From contig NW_002060948.1 in the NCBI RefSeq assembly GCF_000150275.1, positions 4,378,787 through 4,442,786 of the forward strand: a DNA stretch of 64,000 bases, given 5' to 3'. This document shows, piece after piece, positions 1 to 23,590 of the stretch. The first letter of the stretch is position 1, and every line of letters begins with the position of its first letter. Origin of the DNA: Trichoplax adhaerens (Eukaryota; Animalia; Placozoa). The translations under genes and the position numbers were made by a program. A model generated the notes under the pieces. The model had not been told where the DNA came from. It saw nothing but the letters and a program-made list of their open reading frames with translations, and ran no database searches.

Positions 1-459
1 ATCAAATATTAAATACTCAATGACATAACTGATTTTAAGAACTACATTAAAATTTACAGTAATATCCAGGTGGTCAATAAGTTTATAGCCACGATAATAC
101 TAGCTTACAAATTCATTTTATCTTAGATTAAGGTAATCTGTATTACTAATTTCCTGTAATGGGCTATATTTAAGCTTGCTTGAGAAAAACATGTAGAAAT
201 TACTACATGTAAAAAGTATACGATAATGAGAGAAATTCTTATCACTTTGTTGGTAATCTATGTAGTAGCTACAATCATGAACAGTTTCTAGTAGAATTAT
301 ACGTAAATTTTCAGGAAAGCTTTTGGAGATCGAATGTGTGATTCATGATTTTAATAGATTATTAAGGATTAGAAGATGCGATTTAAACGAAGAAAAGAAG
401 ATAGTAGGAACCTAACTGTAATAGTTTAAATTGAAACTGAACTTTATTCTATGACTTAC

Positions 460-513
460 CAAAGTTGCGATAGTTAAGAATAAGTAAAGGGCGACAAACA
501 AAATTTTCCTCAT
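460..513 (-). CDS. Probable first coding exon (signal peptide) of a secreted/membrane protein gene continuing past the left edge
   Basis: Minus strand ATG at 513 reads MRKILFVALYLFLTIATL (basic N-terminus plus hydrophobic core) and ends at a strong donor TTG|GTAAGT. No downstream exon was identified with confidence. Confidence 0.4.
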
Positions 514-3500
514 ATTTCGTCTTATTAAAGCTCGTCAGTGCAGCTACGAAACGATATTTAGCAACTATAATCGTTGTTCGTCTTCTTTAATGTAAAGTGA
601 TTCGGATGAACCTAAATTTAACCAATTGTTGATTTTACAGCAATTAGTTTCTAATCGTTTTTCCTCGGAATTTGTTATTAAAGAATAAACCACACCTATA
701 ATCACCTATTAAAAATTGATTAAAATTAAAATTAAAATTTAAGAGTTAATAACGTATCATAATAAAGCCCAAAGTGGACGCATTGCAATCTAATTTTACT
801 GCACCTAGTGGCGAGCAAATTATTCAGATCTTTATGAAATCAACAGGTGAAGCTCATATGTTTACTAATTAAAAAAATCAACGGTAAAGAAACAGCTGCT
901 ATTTTATATGATAGTTTGCGATAAATGTTATTCATTCCATCCTTTATTCCAATTCTAGATGTTATTTATTGTTTAGAAGATTTAAATAGGCTAATATCTA
1001 ATATTTTCAAGTAAGCACATATCCGCAGATTCTTATGTTACATTATCGGTACAATAATGAACACAACAGCTTACACATAATTCGGTTGTAGTTTTATAGT
1101 TTTATCTACCTCTTACATTTGTGATTTCGTGGATTTTCAAATCAAATTTGTCGTACTTACTAGATTAATAAGGTAGACATGGCTATCATGTTATCTTAAA
1201 CGGAATTTTATCGCCGGATAACTTCCAGATTGATGTTTAGTTAAAAACTGAGAACAACAAAAATAAAGTGGTAGTGCATGGAACGATCATAGAAACAGTA
1301 CATTATAAAATCAGGTAACGCTAACGGCGACCTTACTAATAGTAATGATTGGTTGGATATTATAAAATAGAATAAAGGAAAATTATGTGTATTATTAATG
1401 ATATAATTCACGATTATCAGTCTCTATCAATCAACGAGACTTAACTAGTAGTATCAAATGTCATTCAGGTTTGCTAATTGTTTTTAATGAACATAATAAC
1501 CATTATGACTACTATCTGCATAGTTAATTTTTTATGGAAATCGATTCTAAAGTCGTACTATATTGGAACAATCTACAAATTATAGTTGCTATAAACGATG
1601 GCTTCAATGGTACCAGACTTTACAGCTCAAAAATCTAAGACAACATTCCCTTTAACGACATAGAGTCATAAAACAAACAGCTTATAAAGTGGTTTTTAGT
1701 GAAAGTTTATAGAATGTACAGAGACATTCATTAAACAACAATGTTAGATTTAATCTGTTATGGCTATAAGGTGATCATGTTTTAAATACATATCTCGAAT
1801 ATAATCGTAATTATGCTAACTAAAATAATACCGAGAATGAGCTATATCTATTTCGTGAGATAACTTAGGTTAAAACTGCAGTTTAATTAACTGCATTATT
1901 TTTTATCAAATATTTGGAAATGATAAGGAGCTAAGTTAATTATTAAATATTATGCATTATTCATTTTGTCTACCAGAGAAGAAATAATCAAACATATCAC
2001 TGATCACCGGAAAGTACTCACTTGGATAGGTTTCAGCATGATATCAAAATCACCTTGATCCCTAATTATATAATTATGAATCAATTAATCATAGTCAACA
2101 TAAAATAAAACATAAAATCAATGAACAAGTAATGATCATCTGATTAACTATAATTACACTATAAACTAGCCATTAATTCGTAATCAACAGTTACTAGAAA
2201 GAGTGCACCTTAATGAAGCACTTTGTACTGTGCACAAACTTTTGTTATTACATCAAGTGTGACAGAATTAAAATATAACAATAATTAGCATACGTATAAG
2301 TGAGGTGTGTCATAAACAATAGCCTTACCTACGGGTGTGCCCAAAGTTTAGTGAATAGACAAAATATAGTTACGTTATCACGACATAACATATTTTATTA
2401 TTACGCCTATGAAGCTATAGTATTGTACCTACTTCATGGGTAAACTCAACTTCTAGTTAACTTAAAAACTTTTATCCAATACCGCTTCATATAGTTTAGG
2501 TAGGCACGCCTACTATGAATAATAATGTTGCTAAATTGCTTCCCAAGGTAGTCTTATAATGCCGTAATTTATTAGTGCTATACTGCTACTACAAGCACAA
2601 CTATATATATTATAGTATAGTTATTAGTATTTCAGAATAAAGTATCAGTGATAGGCATGTCGCTCATATTCTCATTACTAATTTTGAATCTAAATGCGAT
2701 AGTATTTAATTTTCATTGTCTGAAGCAGTATACTAAAAATGTAATTCTTCTTTTGACTTTATAATTCCGATAATGATTTAATTATACTTATAGGAATCTA
2801 AAATTATCAGCTTTCGTTTACATTTTTCAAAAATAATGAAATAATTGATTTTAATACCGCACAACTAGCTACTACAGTTATAGCTCCGTCTTTAATTAAG
2901 GTGAGATCATTTTTACGCAATAAATCATTTTTACCATCAGCCAAGTTGAAAATGAAGTATATTCTACTCTACTGACGGTGAATTTCGTGTTAGCAGTTTA
3001 CTATAATGCTCATATTGTAAACAAATACTATCCTAATCCACTATACTAAAAGAATAAGAAGAAACTTTAGACAGTTTAGAAGAAATGCGTTTATATGCAA
3101 GTACCTAGATATCGCATCTAGTTACATCTAATGTTATTATTTGGGATTTAGGAAGTGGCAGGAACAGGAACATAGTTCGTGTTGTATTATAAAATTTAAG
3201 ACTCCAGTCGAAAGATTGAATAATTTTAATTTTCTTCATGATACTGCATAAAACAGTTTTAGTTAGTGATAATCAAAATAAACCAGCAGTTTGATTCTAT
3301 AGTCAACATCGCTAAATCGTGCAATATGCAAACTCAAATTGTAAATTTTGCAAATTGCGGCATATGCCACTTGAAATAGTTTATTTTATTAAATGTCATA
3401 ATTACTCTAAATTTAAGTAGTTAATTTGAAATTTGATGTTGACATTAATCGAGATTACCATATGTGATGGAAAGAATTAAAAAATGGATTACAATCTCCA

Positions 3501-4778
3501 AAATCTTTCTAAATATTCTAATAACATATTCTACACTATAATCTACGCAGTGCATCCATATTACATCTATTTTAAACAAATTTTAAGCAAATAATTAAAA
3601 ACTGCCTCAATTAGAGAATTTATGATGCTTATACAGTATCTCACTATTACTTATAGAAATAAGTGAAATAAAGTTATCCTATTGTATCCTAATTTCACTT
3701 GAGAAATCATTTAGTGCTACGCTCAGAAACGGAATAGAGGAGAACAAGCGACACTCTGCGCTCTATCGTACAGTAATCCAACTTTAAAAGGAATATGGAG
3801 CATTTAGTTCAGCTACAGTTATGTTCATGGAGTAAAATATTAACACTGAGAAAATACAACTATTTTTCTCTTCAATTGTAGTGTAAAAAACGCAGACGCT
3901 CATTGTTCTGTTCTCTTGATATGTTCATCATGTAGTAATACTGTATATGCATGAAAGGTGCTGAACTATTGACAATTTAACGAGTTTGTTTAAACTTTAC
4001 TCATGATCCGATATCATTGAAGACGAACTGTTATAAACCTCTCTAAGACAGCTAAGCTATCTACTCTCAAGATTCCTAACTCCACTACTCGTCTAGTTTG
4101 ACTTCATACAGTTACTGCTTTACCAGCTTTCTATTTCTATGAGTAGTTTCGCCGGATAACAAGAACTTACTACCACTTTTACAGTACATTAGTATAGAAA
4201 TTGTCAATGACACAACTGAGAGCAACATCCTTCCACATAAATTGCCCCAACATAATCATTTATTCAGTTAAATACTACGTAATCATTAAACAGTTTAGAT
4301 CTAGTTGTCCAATCAGAAGTTGGCAATTCATGCAGAAATATCGTTAACCGAACTTTTCATTGCTGTATTAAATTTATTTCTATAAAATACTTGATAGCTA
4401 TTACGATCTCCTTATAATTGAATATCATTTCATACATTGCTTAGATTAAACATACATTTTTATGGAGCAATTCTGATATGATAACACCGTACATATAGTA
4501 GTATAAAATATCACATAATGTTTGGACATAATACGAGTTAAGAAAAATTTGCCTTTATACAAAGTTACTGGTTAGTAACAGACTAAGTGCAGCACCCGAA
4601 CAGTATTGATAGAATCGTCGATAATATTCACAACGTGCATGATTAGATTCATTTCAATGATATAGCATCCTCATTAATAATCATAATGTCATGCAGAAGT
4701 CAGTTATTTATTTTCTGATAACAATATAGTATTACAGAATACTGCCGACATATCGTTTAAGAAATTAAATTATAAATT

Positions 4779-4810
4779 ACTAGCACGTTCGCTATGCTTC
4801 GCGTACCGTA
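4779..4810 (-). mobile_element. Possible degenerate Helitron-type 3' terminus
   Basis: Minus strand reads CGGTACGC-GAA-GCATAGCG-AACGTG-CTAG-T: an imperfect GC-rich hairpin (6/8 pairs, GCGAAGC core) followed by CTAG and a T, in otherwise AT-rich DNA. Confidence 0.3.
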
Positions 4811-5568
4811 TGTACCTGCACTTTTTACTTTACAATTATCATAATGGCAAGCTAGTGAGATTTCATAATTAGCTCATATACGTTTTTCATTATATTTTGT
4901 TCAATTTCCGCATTCCTTGCTTTTGCTTATTGTAATCAAATATAAATAACAGATAATAAAAAACTTGCAGAACATTAGACTTGAATCCGAACACTAAAAA
5001 TATTTATCGTTTTATTACGATACTATTAGAAGAATACCTAACTGTAGTAGTCAGAGTAAAATAACCAGTCGAAACTGCATTAATTAGTGTTAGCATTCCT
5101 TATATATCGCAAACAAAGCAATTATGAAACCGCTTGAGCCAGATGTACAGATAATCACTATTTAAAGCAATAATTGTAATGTATTGCCCGATTTCATTAA
5201 ATTTATGATCACAAGCTCACCTGCGAAGCAATATTATTGGAATGCATAGGTTAATGTAAGATAGTAGTAATGGTAACTGTAATTACAACGAAGCCTATAT
5301 TGCTATGAATTGGAATCGGATGAGTCGCGGAATTAAATACCTAACCTACATAGAATTTCGTGTAAATAACAATCAACAAACACCGAAAACCGTAACACTG
5401 TTTTAAAAGCAAATAATTAAGTAGCCACATACCTAACCTCATTCCACTATACCTTTGACATAAAAGCTATCATCTTTTTTCAACACCATTATTCCAATAC
5501 AGTTATAATCTTTCCCTTGCATTACGCTTTAACATAATAAAAATACGTAATCCAATCCGAAAGAAGAA

Positions 5569-8136
5569 ATGAATGGTAACTCATAGCTTCTGATGCTATT
5601 TGCTGTTAATTTAAACTCATTATTTTCGGCTTTATCAAGTACATATGCAATAGTAAAACATTATTTCTTGTAAATCGGCAAAGTGACGATGAATTTCTTT
5701 ATGTACGGTATGAAAGGAAAAATTTTACAAGTCTAACAATTTTGTCCCTCAGATGAAGGTAGCATCATAGAACGAAAAAGAGTAGTTGAAACGGAGGATG
5801 AGTTGCAAGGCATCGGTACTTACATGAATTGCAGATCTAAAACCTGATTTACTAATAATACACTTTCTTTTATCCTATAAACATGCTATATAGCCAACTT
5901 AAATATCACTTGTAAAATTTCAAATTCCATGTATGTTTTGATGCAGTTGATCAGTTTAACGACGATGAAGATGAATCAGATTGGATTGAAACTGGAGGTA
6001 TGCCGCTTGAGAAACAAAAATTTATGTGATGTACGAATTAAAACAATTGAAATTTATTTGCCCCTATAGACGAGTTACTTATTGCAGAACAAAATATCAA
6101 AGGTTAGACCTACTAGAAGTAAATTTATATTATCAGATATACTATTAAAAGTTATTTTGAGCATTCTGTGCTCCATGCGTTCTCTTTAAGTTACAGACAT
6201 ACCTTACAATCATTTCGTATTTCTGTCTTTTTTGTCTTGCACCATGGATTTATTGAACTATATATTATATATATATATATACATATATTTAAAATTTTAA
6301 TGCTTGATCGACCATATTGGCACTTGAACGATAGATGGGAAGCAATATACGAATTTTGATGATTTTAAAGAAGGTAAATACCATTTATCATCGATTCACA
6401 TTAATTAATGTGGTAGTACTCGTAATTTTGGGTTTAGAAATTTTGAATTATGAAAGGAATGCATCTAAATATCAAACCCTAACTTACGTGTATTTAATTT
6501 AATGAAGTGATCGGTAAATTTGAAGACAATATCGACACGACTACATTCGAAAAGTGTTTTAAAACTAAAGGTAGGGCTACAATACATTACAATAATATCA
6601 ATTTCGTAATATTACACATAATATAACATCCAACTGCACAGTTTGATAAAGAAATACAGGTAAGTAACATCTATATATCAAAGCTAGTAACTCTTTATGA
6701 TTAATAACATTAGTCTAGATCAACGATAAATAAAGCAATATCAACAATTTAATTTTCTTATAGAACTATGCGATACGTATTCCTGCGATGAAAGTGATCT
6801 TATGTCAATCATTGATCCAAATGATCCTAAATCGGAACTTTCAAGAAAATTAGATGAAGATATAGATGGCGAATGCAAGAAATGGATCGAAACCCTGCGT
6901 AGTAGAGAAAAAGTTTCTGCAATTCCTGAATTGACCTCAGTTGTAGGCAAAACTAGATGGCTCTTAAAAGAATACGGCTATATGAAGCATTTTGATAGAG
7001 GAAAATTTAAAGAAGTAGAAGGATACTATCACGATTTAGGCAAGCCTGATAGCGGATGTAATCAGCTAGCCATCTACGTTAATCGTTATTTATATTGGTG
7101 CTCATCGGGAACAGCTCTAAACTGGGAATATTTAAACGATTCTCATCTGATAAAAGACTACATTAAGGAAATGCATGAGAAAACAAATTGTTCAGCTTCT
7201 TTCCTATGTAACATTATTATTGCAATATTGCGTGGAAGAAGATTTGCTGTGGCACAAGGAATGATTTCTGAAGCAACAGAATCTCAAAAGATACTGCTTG
7301 AAGATGTATTGAAGAAATATCGTACACTTATGAAGCAAAGATCTCGCGATATCTCTCGAAACTTACGTAAAAGAGGTTCAGTTTTAGAACCTAAAATGTT
7401 TTTCAAAGCGGTTAACAAACCAGCATTAATGAAAAAGTATAATGATCTAGTGACATATTCCAAAATGATCAAGAAGAAAAATGGAAAACTGCCAGATAGA
7501 ATGTATATCTTCGGTTTAAGATTTACATTAGCACATATGTTGTTAAGCTGTGCTTCTAGGCCTGGTCCATTATACAATTTAACGTTAAACGATATGCGCT
7601 GCTCTCGAGGCAACTGGGATGACGAGAAAAGTGAAGTTATTATTACTGTTTTAGATCATAAAACAGGCAAATGCGATGATGCTCGCTTTATTTTAAGTCA
7701 TTATTCTAAAGTTGTGGTAAGAGAATTTTGGCACTATATTCGACCTTTGGTACCTCAGATAGAGGATGGAAATGATGCATACTTTTATCTAAATTCGTCA
7801 GGAAAACGTTTATGCTCATCACAGGTAAACTCTCATGTTCGAGTCATATTTAAAGTAGCAGGTATTGAAGGATTTACAACTACATTGCTCAGAAAAGCCA
7901 TTGAAAGCGCTTCGGCTAATCGATTCTCGATGAAGGATCAAGAAAACGTTGCTACACTACTAAACCATGACACACAAACGGCTGATAGGTACTATAAAGT
8001 TTACATTAATAATGAAGAAAAGGCATACAAGGGTTGGGAAGCTATTAATTTGCTTTACAGCGGTAAGTCACCGGAACACGACGAGGATGACTACGAAGAT
8101 ATTCGTGATTTTCCAAAGCATGAAATTAAAGAATAG
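5569..8136 (+). CDS. Intron-containing tyrosine recombinase (phage-integrase fold; Crypton-like or domesticated)
   Basis: ORF 6802-8136 (444 aa) has integrase catalytic motifs in order: ASR253PGPLYNL, DHK287TG, T361LLR364K (HxxR position), LNH389DTQTADRYY398. The terminal exon opens at acceptor TTCTTATAG|6764 in phase 1. Upstream GT-AG phase-1 exons 5753-5815, 5947-5997, 6070-6102, 6335-6373 and 6508-6570 all splice in frame and encode an acidic N-terminus. The start codon is uncertain (5569 or 5689). Confidence 0.85.
6260..6287. repeat. (TA)n microsatellite in an intron of the recombinase gene
   Basis: tatattatatatatatatatacatatat. Confidence 0.8.
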
Positions 8137-8548
8137 TAATAATTAATTTCCTAAATTATATTATACTTTATCAGAACTAATACACATCATATCATAAACA
8201 TTCTTTCATTAACTTTTACGTCATTCATTCTGAATCTTGTAATCACTAATTCTGTATTACCATCAGTTTTGTATACTGTCGAATCTTCAGTATTGACTCT
8301 ATGACCTCATTCGATCACGCAATCTATAACAGATTTCTCGTCTGAATTTATTATTACCTACTTATGATAAATAATGAGTATCATCTAGATCAAAAAATTG
8401 ATAAAAAGTAATAAGATGTTTGATTTGATTGTATTGCTTCCAGTTTCGGCGAAATAAATAAAAGTAAGCATAAAAATTAGTAATGTGATTAGCATTCAAA
8501 GTATATAGAGATAACTCTTCCACTCCTTGAATGATAGAAAGAACTTAA

Positions 8549-9080
8549 AACCATGAGTTCATAGTAGCTTTTCATGTAAGAATAAAAGACACAGGAATGA
8601 TTTCGCTCAAAATAACCAAGTATATATTTACTAACTCAATATCTACGGTATATGAGGACAAAACCACTACGAAAAATGGGCTTTGAATTTAACCTAAGCG
8701 GCTAAACCATTATATAGTCATTACAGTCATTGCTTCATTTATCCTGTTCTAGAAATATCTTGCTAACCATGAGTTCTATGTAGTTAATAGGTTCAATAAT
8801 GAGTTAATTTTGATCTATGTAAAATTTTGCACAGATATTTTCGCTTAAAATAATTAAGAAGTAGATTTACTAACTCAATAAAATCATTAGCACAGAAACC
8901 ACTACGAAACAAATGAACATTGAACTTTCCTAAGTGGCTAAGCCATTAGATAATCATCATAATCATTATTGCATTTTTCATCCTTTTCAAGAAAAGCCTT
9001 ACTAACCATAAATTCCAAAAATTTGTTTGGAACAATCATATACTAATTTAATCTAAGTAAAATTTTGAACAGACATTTTT
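8549..9080. repeat. Diverged tandem duplication, period ~216-239 bp, ~2.3 copies
   Basis: Shared anchors: AACCAT(G/A)A(G/A)TTC at 8549, 8765 and 9005; TTTACTAACTCAATA at 8627 and 8866; AAACCACTACGAAA at 8661 and 8896; GTAAAATTTTG(C/A)ACAGA at 8819 and 9057. Confidence 0.85.
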
Positions 9081-9143
9081 CGAAAGACATTTAAAATTTC
9101 CTTTACTAGAACAATTCTAGTAATGCTGTCAGGAGAAAGAAAC
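8635..9143 (-). pseudogene. Decayed spliced fragment with a tyrosine-recombinase-like HxxR motif
   Basis: Putative exons 9143-9107, 9052-9007 and 8929-8875 join in phase to FLSPDSITRIVL-IKLVYDCSKQIFGIY-GKFNVHLFRSGFCANDFI, which resembles the integrase 'H-S-[FL]-R-S-G-F' box. The duplicated copy near 8693-8636 (KFKAHF/RSGF) is frameshifted. Confidence 0.4.
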
Positions 9144-10371
9144 CTAATGGATATAGCATAAATGCTAGATAGATTCAAGCTATATCTTTCTGTTGCAATT
9201 AATACTGTAATTATTTTAATGTCTAATCAATATAATATTGAAAGAAAATATTATGACTAACTTTGAATAATCGCTTTATCTTCGGTAGTGAGTTATTGTA
9301 AGGCTAGATCATCTTATAATAGCCTGGTTAATTAATAAGGTGGTTACTATTCTATCGAAAGTAGTAAAATGGAAGCTCCTTAGAAAACAGTATCTAGCAC
9401 TATCGGTTGCCGCTAATTCTTTAATTTGTTTATGGCTTTGAATTGATGTTGAAAGCGAAGAGATCTCATCTAATATAATAGTTTTACTAGGTGGAATGTC
9501 GAATATGAACAAGTATTCATAAAACATCACTGCTTGTCCAGTAAAGGCTTCTTACAGATGAATTAAACAGATTTTACTACAATAAATAAAATATCTCATT
9601 AATACAGGACTGGATAAAATTTTGAATCCCTTCATGACTTATTATGGCCGGTACTTATTTACATTTAGTAGTAGACCCCTCGCTCGTTATACTTTACTGC
9701 ACATGAACAATTTCCCTGAATCGCCCGTAATTTATAACTTCATAAATAAATTAAATTAAATTAACTTTTTAAGCTTGCTTTCATGTAGTCTAAGTTAACG
9801 GACAAAGCACTGTAAATTCTCAGTTAAATATAATATTATTTTACGATTTTCGTTCGGTATATAATTATACTATAATAATGTGATGTGCACTTGTGCAGTA
9901 AGAAACGCGTAATGCGCACTCTTCTCTCTCTCGTAGTAATGATGACCTCTAACTGATTACTGTAGCCTATAGTAGATGATCTGGCATACTATATATACAT
10001 ATGGGAGATGAGCCAGTAGCCTAGTGTACGATGTATATTTATTTTAATATAGTTCAATATTATCAGTATTACGATTATACTGTACTTGGAAATTAATCAT
10101 GAGCTAGAGCATAAACTATTAAATTCGCCAGAAATTTAGTCCGTGGCTAGAGGCATAGCGCAGCGTAGATTCTTCAGCAGCTGAGCCAGAGGCATGAAGT
10201 AGTTTATTTTATGGTCTCTACCGTACAGTAGCAGAGCCAGTAGCTTAGTTATTTTCAGCACTAAGCATGTTGAACACACGAGCTGTTTCTAATACACTTT
10301 CTTCACAAAACTGTACAATTCTGATTATAATTATTACAGTAAATGATAGCTTAATGCAGGTGTATAGGCTT

Positions 10372-10421
10372 NNNNNNNNNNNNNNNNNNNNNNNNNNNNN
10401 NNNNNNNNNNNNNNNNNNNNN
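10372..10421. other. Assembly gap (50 N)
   Basis: Run of N in the sequence. Confidence 1.
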
Positions 10422-11527
10422 AGCTCGATCTAAGACTAGAGTTTGCTATAAACCCCATGGTCAGTATTTATTCTAGAGCGGGGCTCGTGTAAGATTATTT
10501 ATTTTAAGTATTGTACTGTAAATGTGATTAAGTAACAGCAAGAAGAAAAGAAATCGAATTGATAAAGATTTCTTGGGCTTAGGTGCAGTGCTGTGTTGTA
10601 ATGTCTATAGCTCGCCGTACAACTAACTCTACGAGGAAAAATTCGAGTAATTTTGGCTTTCTAGCCCTGTACTACGAGTAGCACTGCTCTGTCAACGATA
10701 GTAAATGTGACCTATAGCATTTTGAATCGAGTTCTGTTACACTTATATACCTAGACACTTTATTTATCGTACTGCTTAATCAGACCCATACGCTTAAAAT
10801 TTACGAGCACTACCACAATTCGAAAATTTGCATATTTGCGTCCTGAAACGTGTGTTACGTTAAGTGGAGAATACACTACTAAGCTTAAAAATTAATTATA
10901 TAACATCCGAACCCTGTCGCATAATAAATTACAGGAATAAAACAGGACATGGAATATTTCATAGCGCTTTTAGCTCCCGATTACCATTACTTAGCTTGAT
11001 AATAGCAGTTCTAAAGCACATCCACAATTCTCTAGCTCAGTGCAAGCAACGCAAACTGAATACGGAATAACATGACACATTGTAATAACTACCGTATATA
11101 GTTGGCCAAGTTATTAGTCAATAAAGGCTTATTAAAATTAATTTATATTTACTATTTGATAAATTAGATCTTTCAGCTATTCACCTATTTTCACTGATAT
11201 TATGAATACCATACGTTATATTATTACAGCAGAATGTATTACAAGAAAATGCAGTTCTAGATATCTGATAATGGAGAAAATCTACTAAATAACGTGAGAA
11301 TGGGTATCTGTAATCTATGCTAATAATAAATAGCTTATATTACGGACATCGAATACTGCGCATAACAGCTAAACTTTAAATATCTGCATTGTAATATTTG
11401 CAACGCGAACTTAGAATATATTTCAACTGTTATTCTCGAATCTGCTTTCTTTATTGAGTAATTATATTACTACCCATACATTACATTTTAGAAGTTGACT
11501 TGATCACATTGGCAGTTAGTAACTTTA

Positions 11528-22723
<11,196 letters not shown>

Positions 22724-23590
22724 CAGGATGTACTTGATTTTCTTTTTGCTAATTTCACGCTATCACCGAATAGGCTGTCAATGGCATAGTTTGACGAAAC
22801 TGGTAGGAGCGCATACTATGTTGCTTTTTGAAATCTTATTATGGCAAATAACTCTGTACTTATACTACCATTGATTGATGGATTGGGTTTCAAAACACAA
22901 ATATGAGCGATTACTTAATAAACAATATGAAATATTACGATCCAAATAGAGGCATCTATTTTAGATCTGTATTTTTATTTATATGCCCTTATATAGAAAG
23001 TATCGGCAAAAAATATTATAAAATCAATAAAAAATAGGACATATCGTGGCGTTGTGATTAATACTTTATTTTTAAGTCAGATTCTGTTATAAAAACCCTT
23101 ACTTTAGATTTCAAATTTTGTTCAATTAATTGATTAACAGCATAAAGAACGTTCTTGAAGGGGATTTCTGAATTCACAGAATGTTTAAATTTTGAATAGT
23201 CACCGTCTTGGTGTAAAAAAAAATATTTATTGTTATCATAACATGTTCGTTTGTTTCTGTTAATGTTCTATTTAGGTGATGACATGATAGTCAAATTTTC
23301 AGATATTTAAACATAACTTTGTAACATATTAGCGATTCGAATATAATGATCATTTTATCAATTCATTACTTAATAGACTGCCTTTAATTACTGGCAAGGA
23401 TTAACTAGAGGTTAGTGGTTTATTGCTTTATGCGTTGTTTTATTAATTTTATTTTATGCTAAAATTTTAAAGTCAGCGTAGAATCATTTCGAAACAAGCT
23501 GTATAGAAAATACTCTTGTGGTTTTTATCTAGATTTGTTTTTGTTGAAATGAAATGCTAAATGGGGTTCTAGTTAAAAGATACGCGTATA

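Noticed and set aside
2022-2061. Isolated minus-strand exon-like segment (DQGDFDIMLKPIQ)
   Set aside because: Good splice sites, but no partner exons or homology. It could be a UTR exon or chance.
6741-7613. Minus-strand ORFs overlapping the recombinase
   Set aside because: Antisense shadows with no recognisable domain.
5000-10370. DIRS retrotransposon, or defined Crypton termini around the YR gene
   Set aside because: No gag, RT or RNase H ORF is present, and short terminal direct repeats cannot be identified by eye from a single copy.
10422-11100. Possible MITE/DNA-transposon remnant after the gap
   Set aside because: Some GC-richer motifs, but no matching terminal inverted repeat pair or target-site duplication could be identified.
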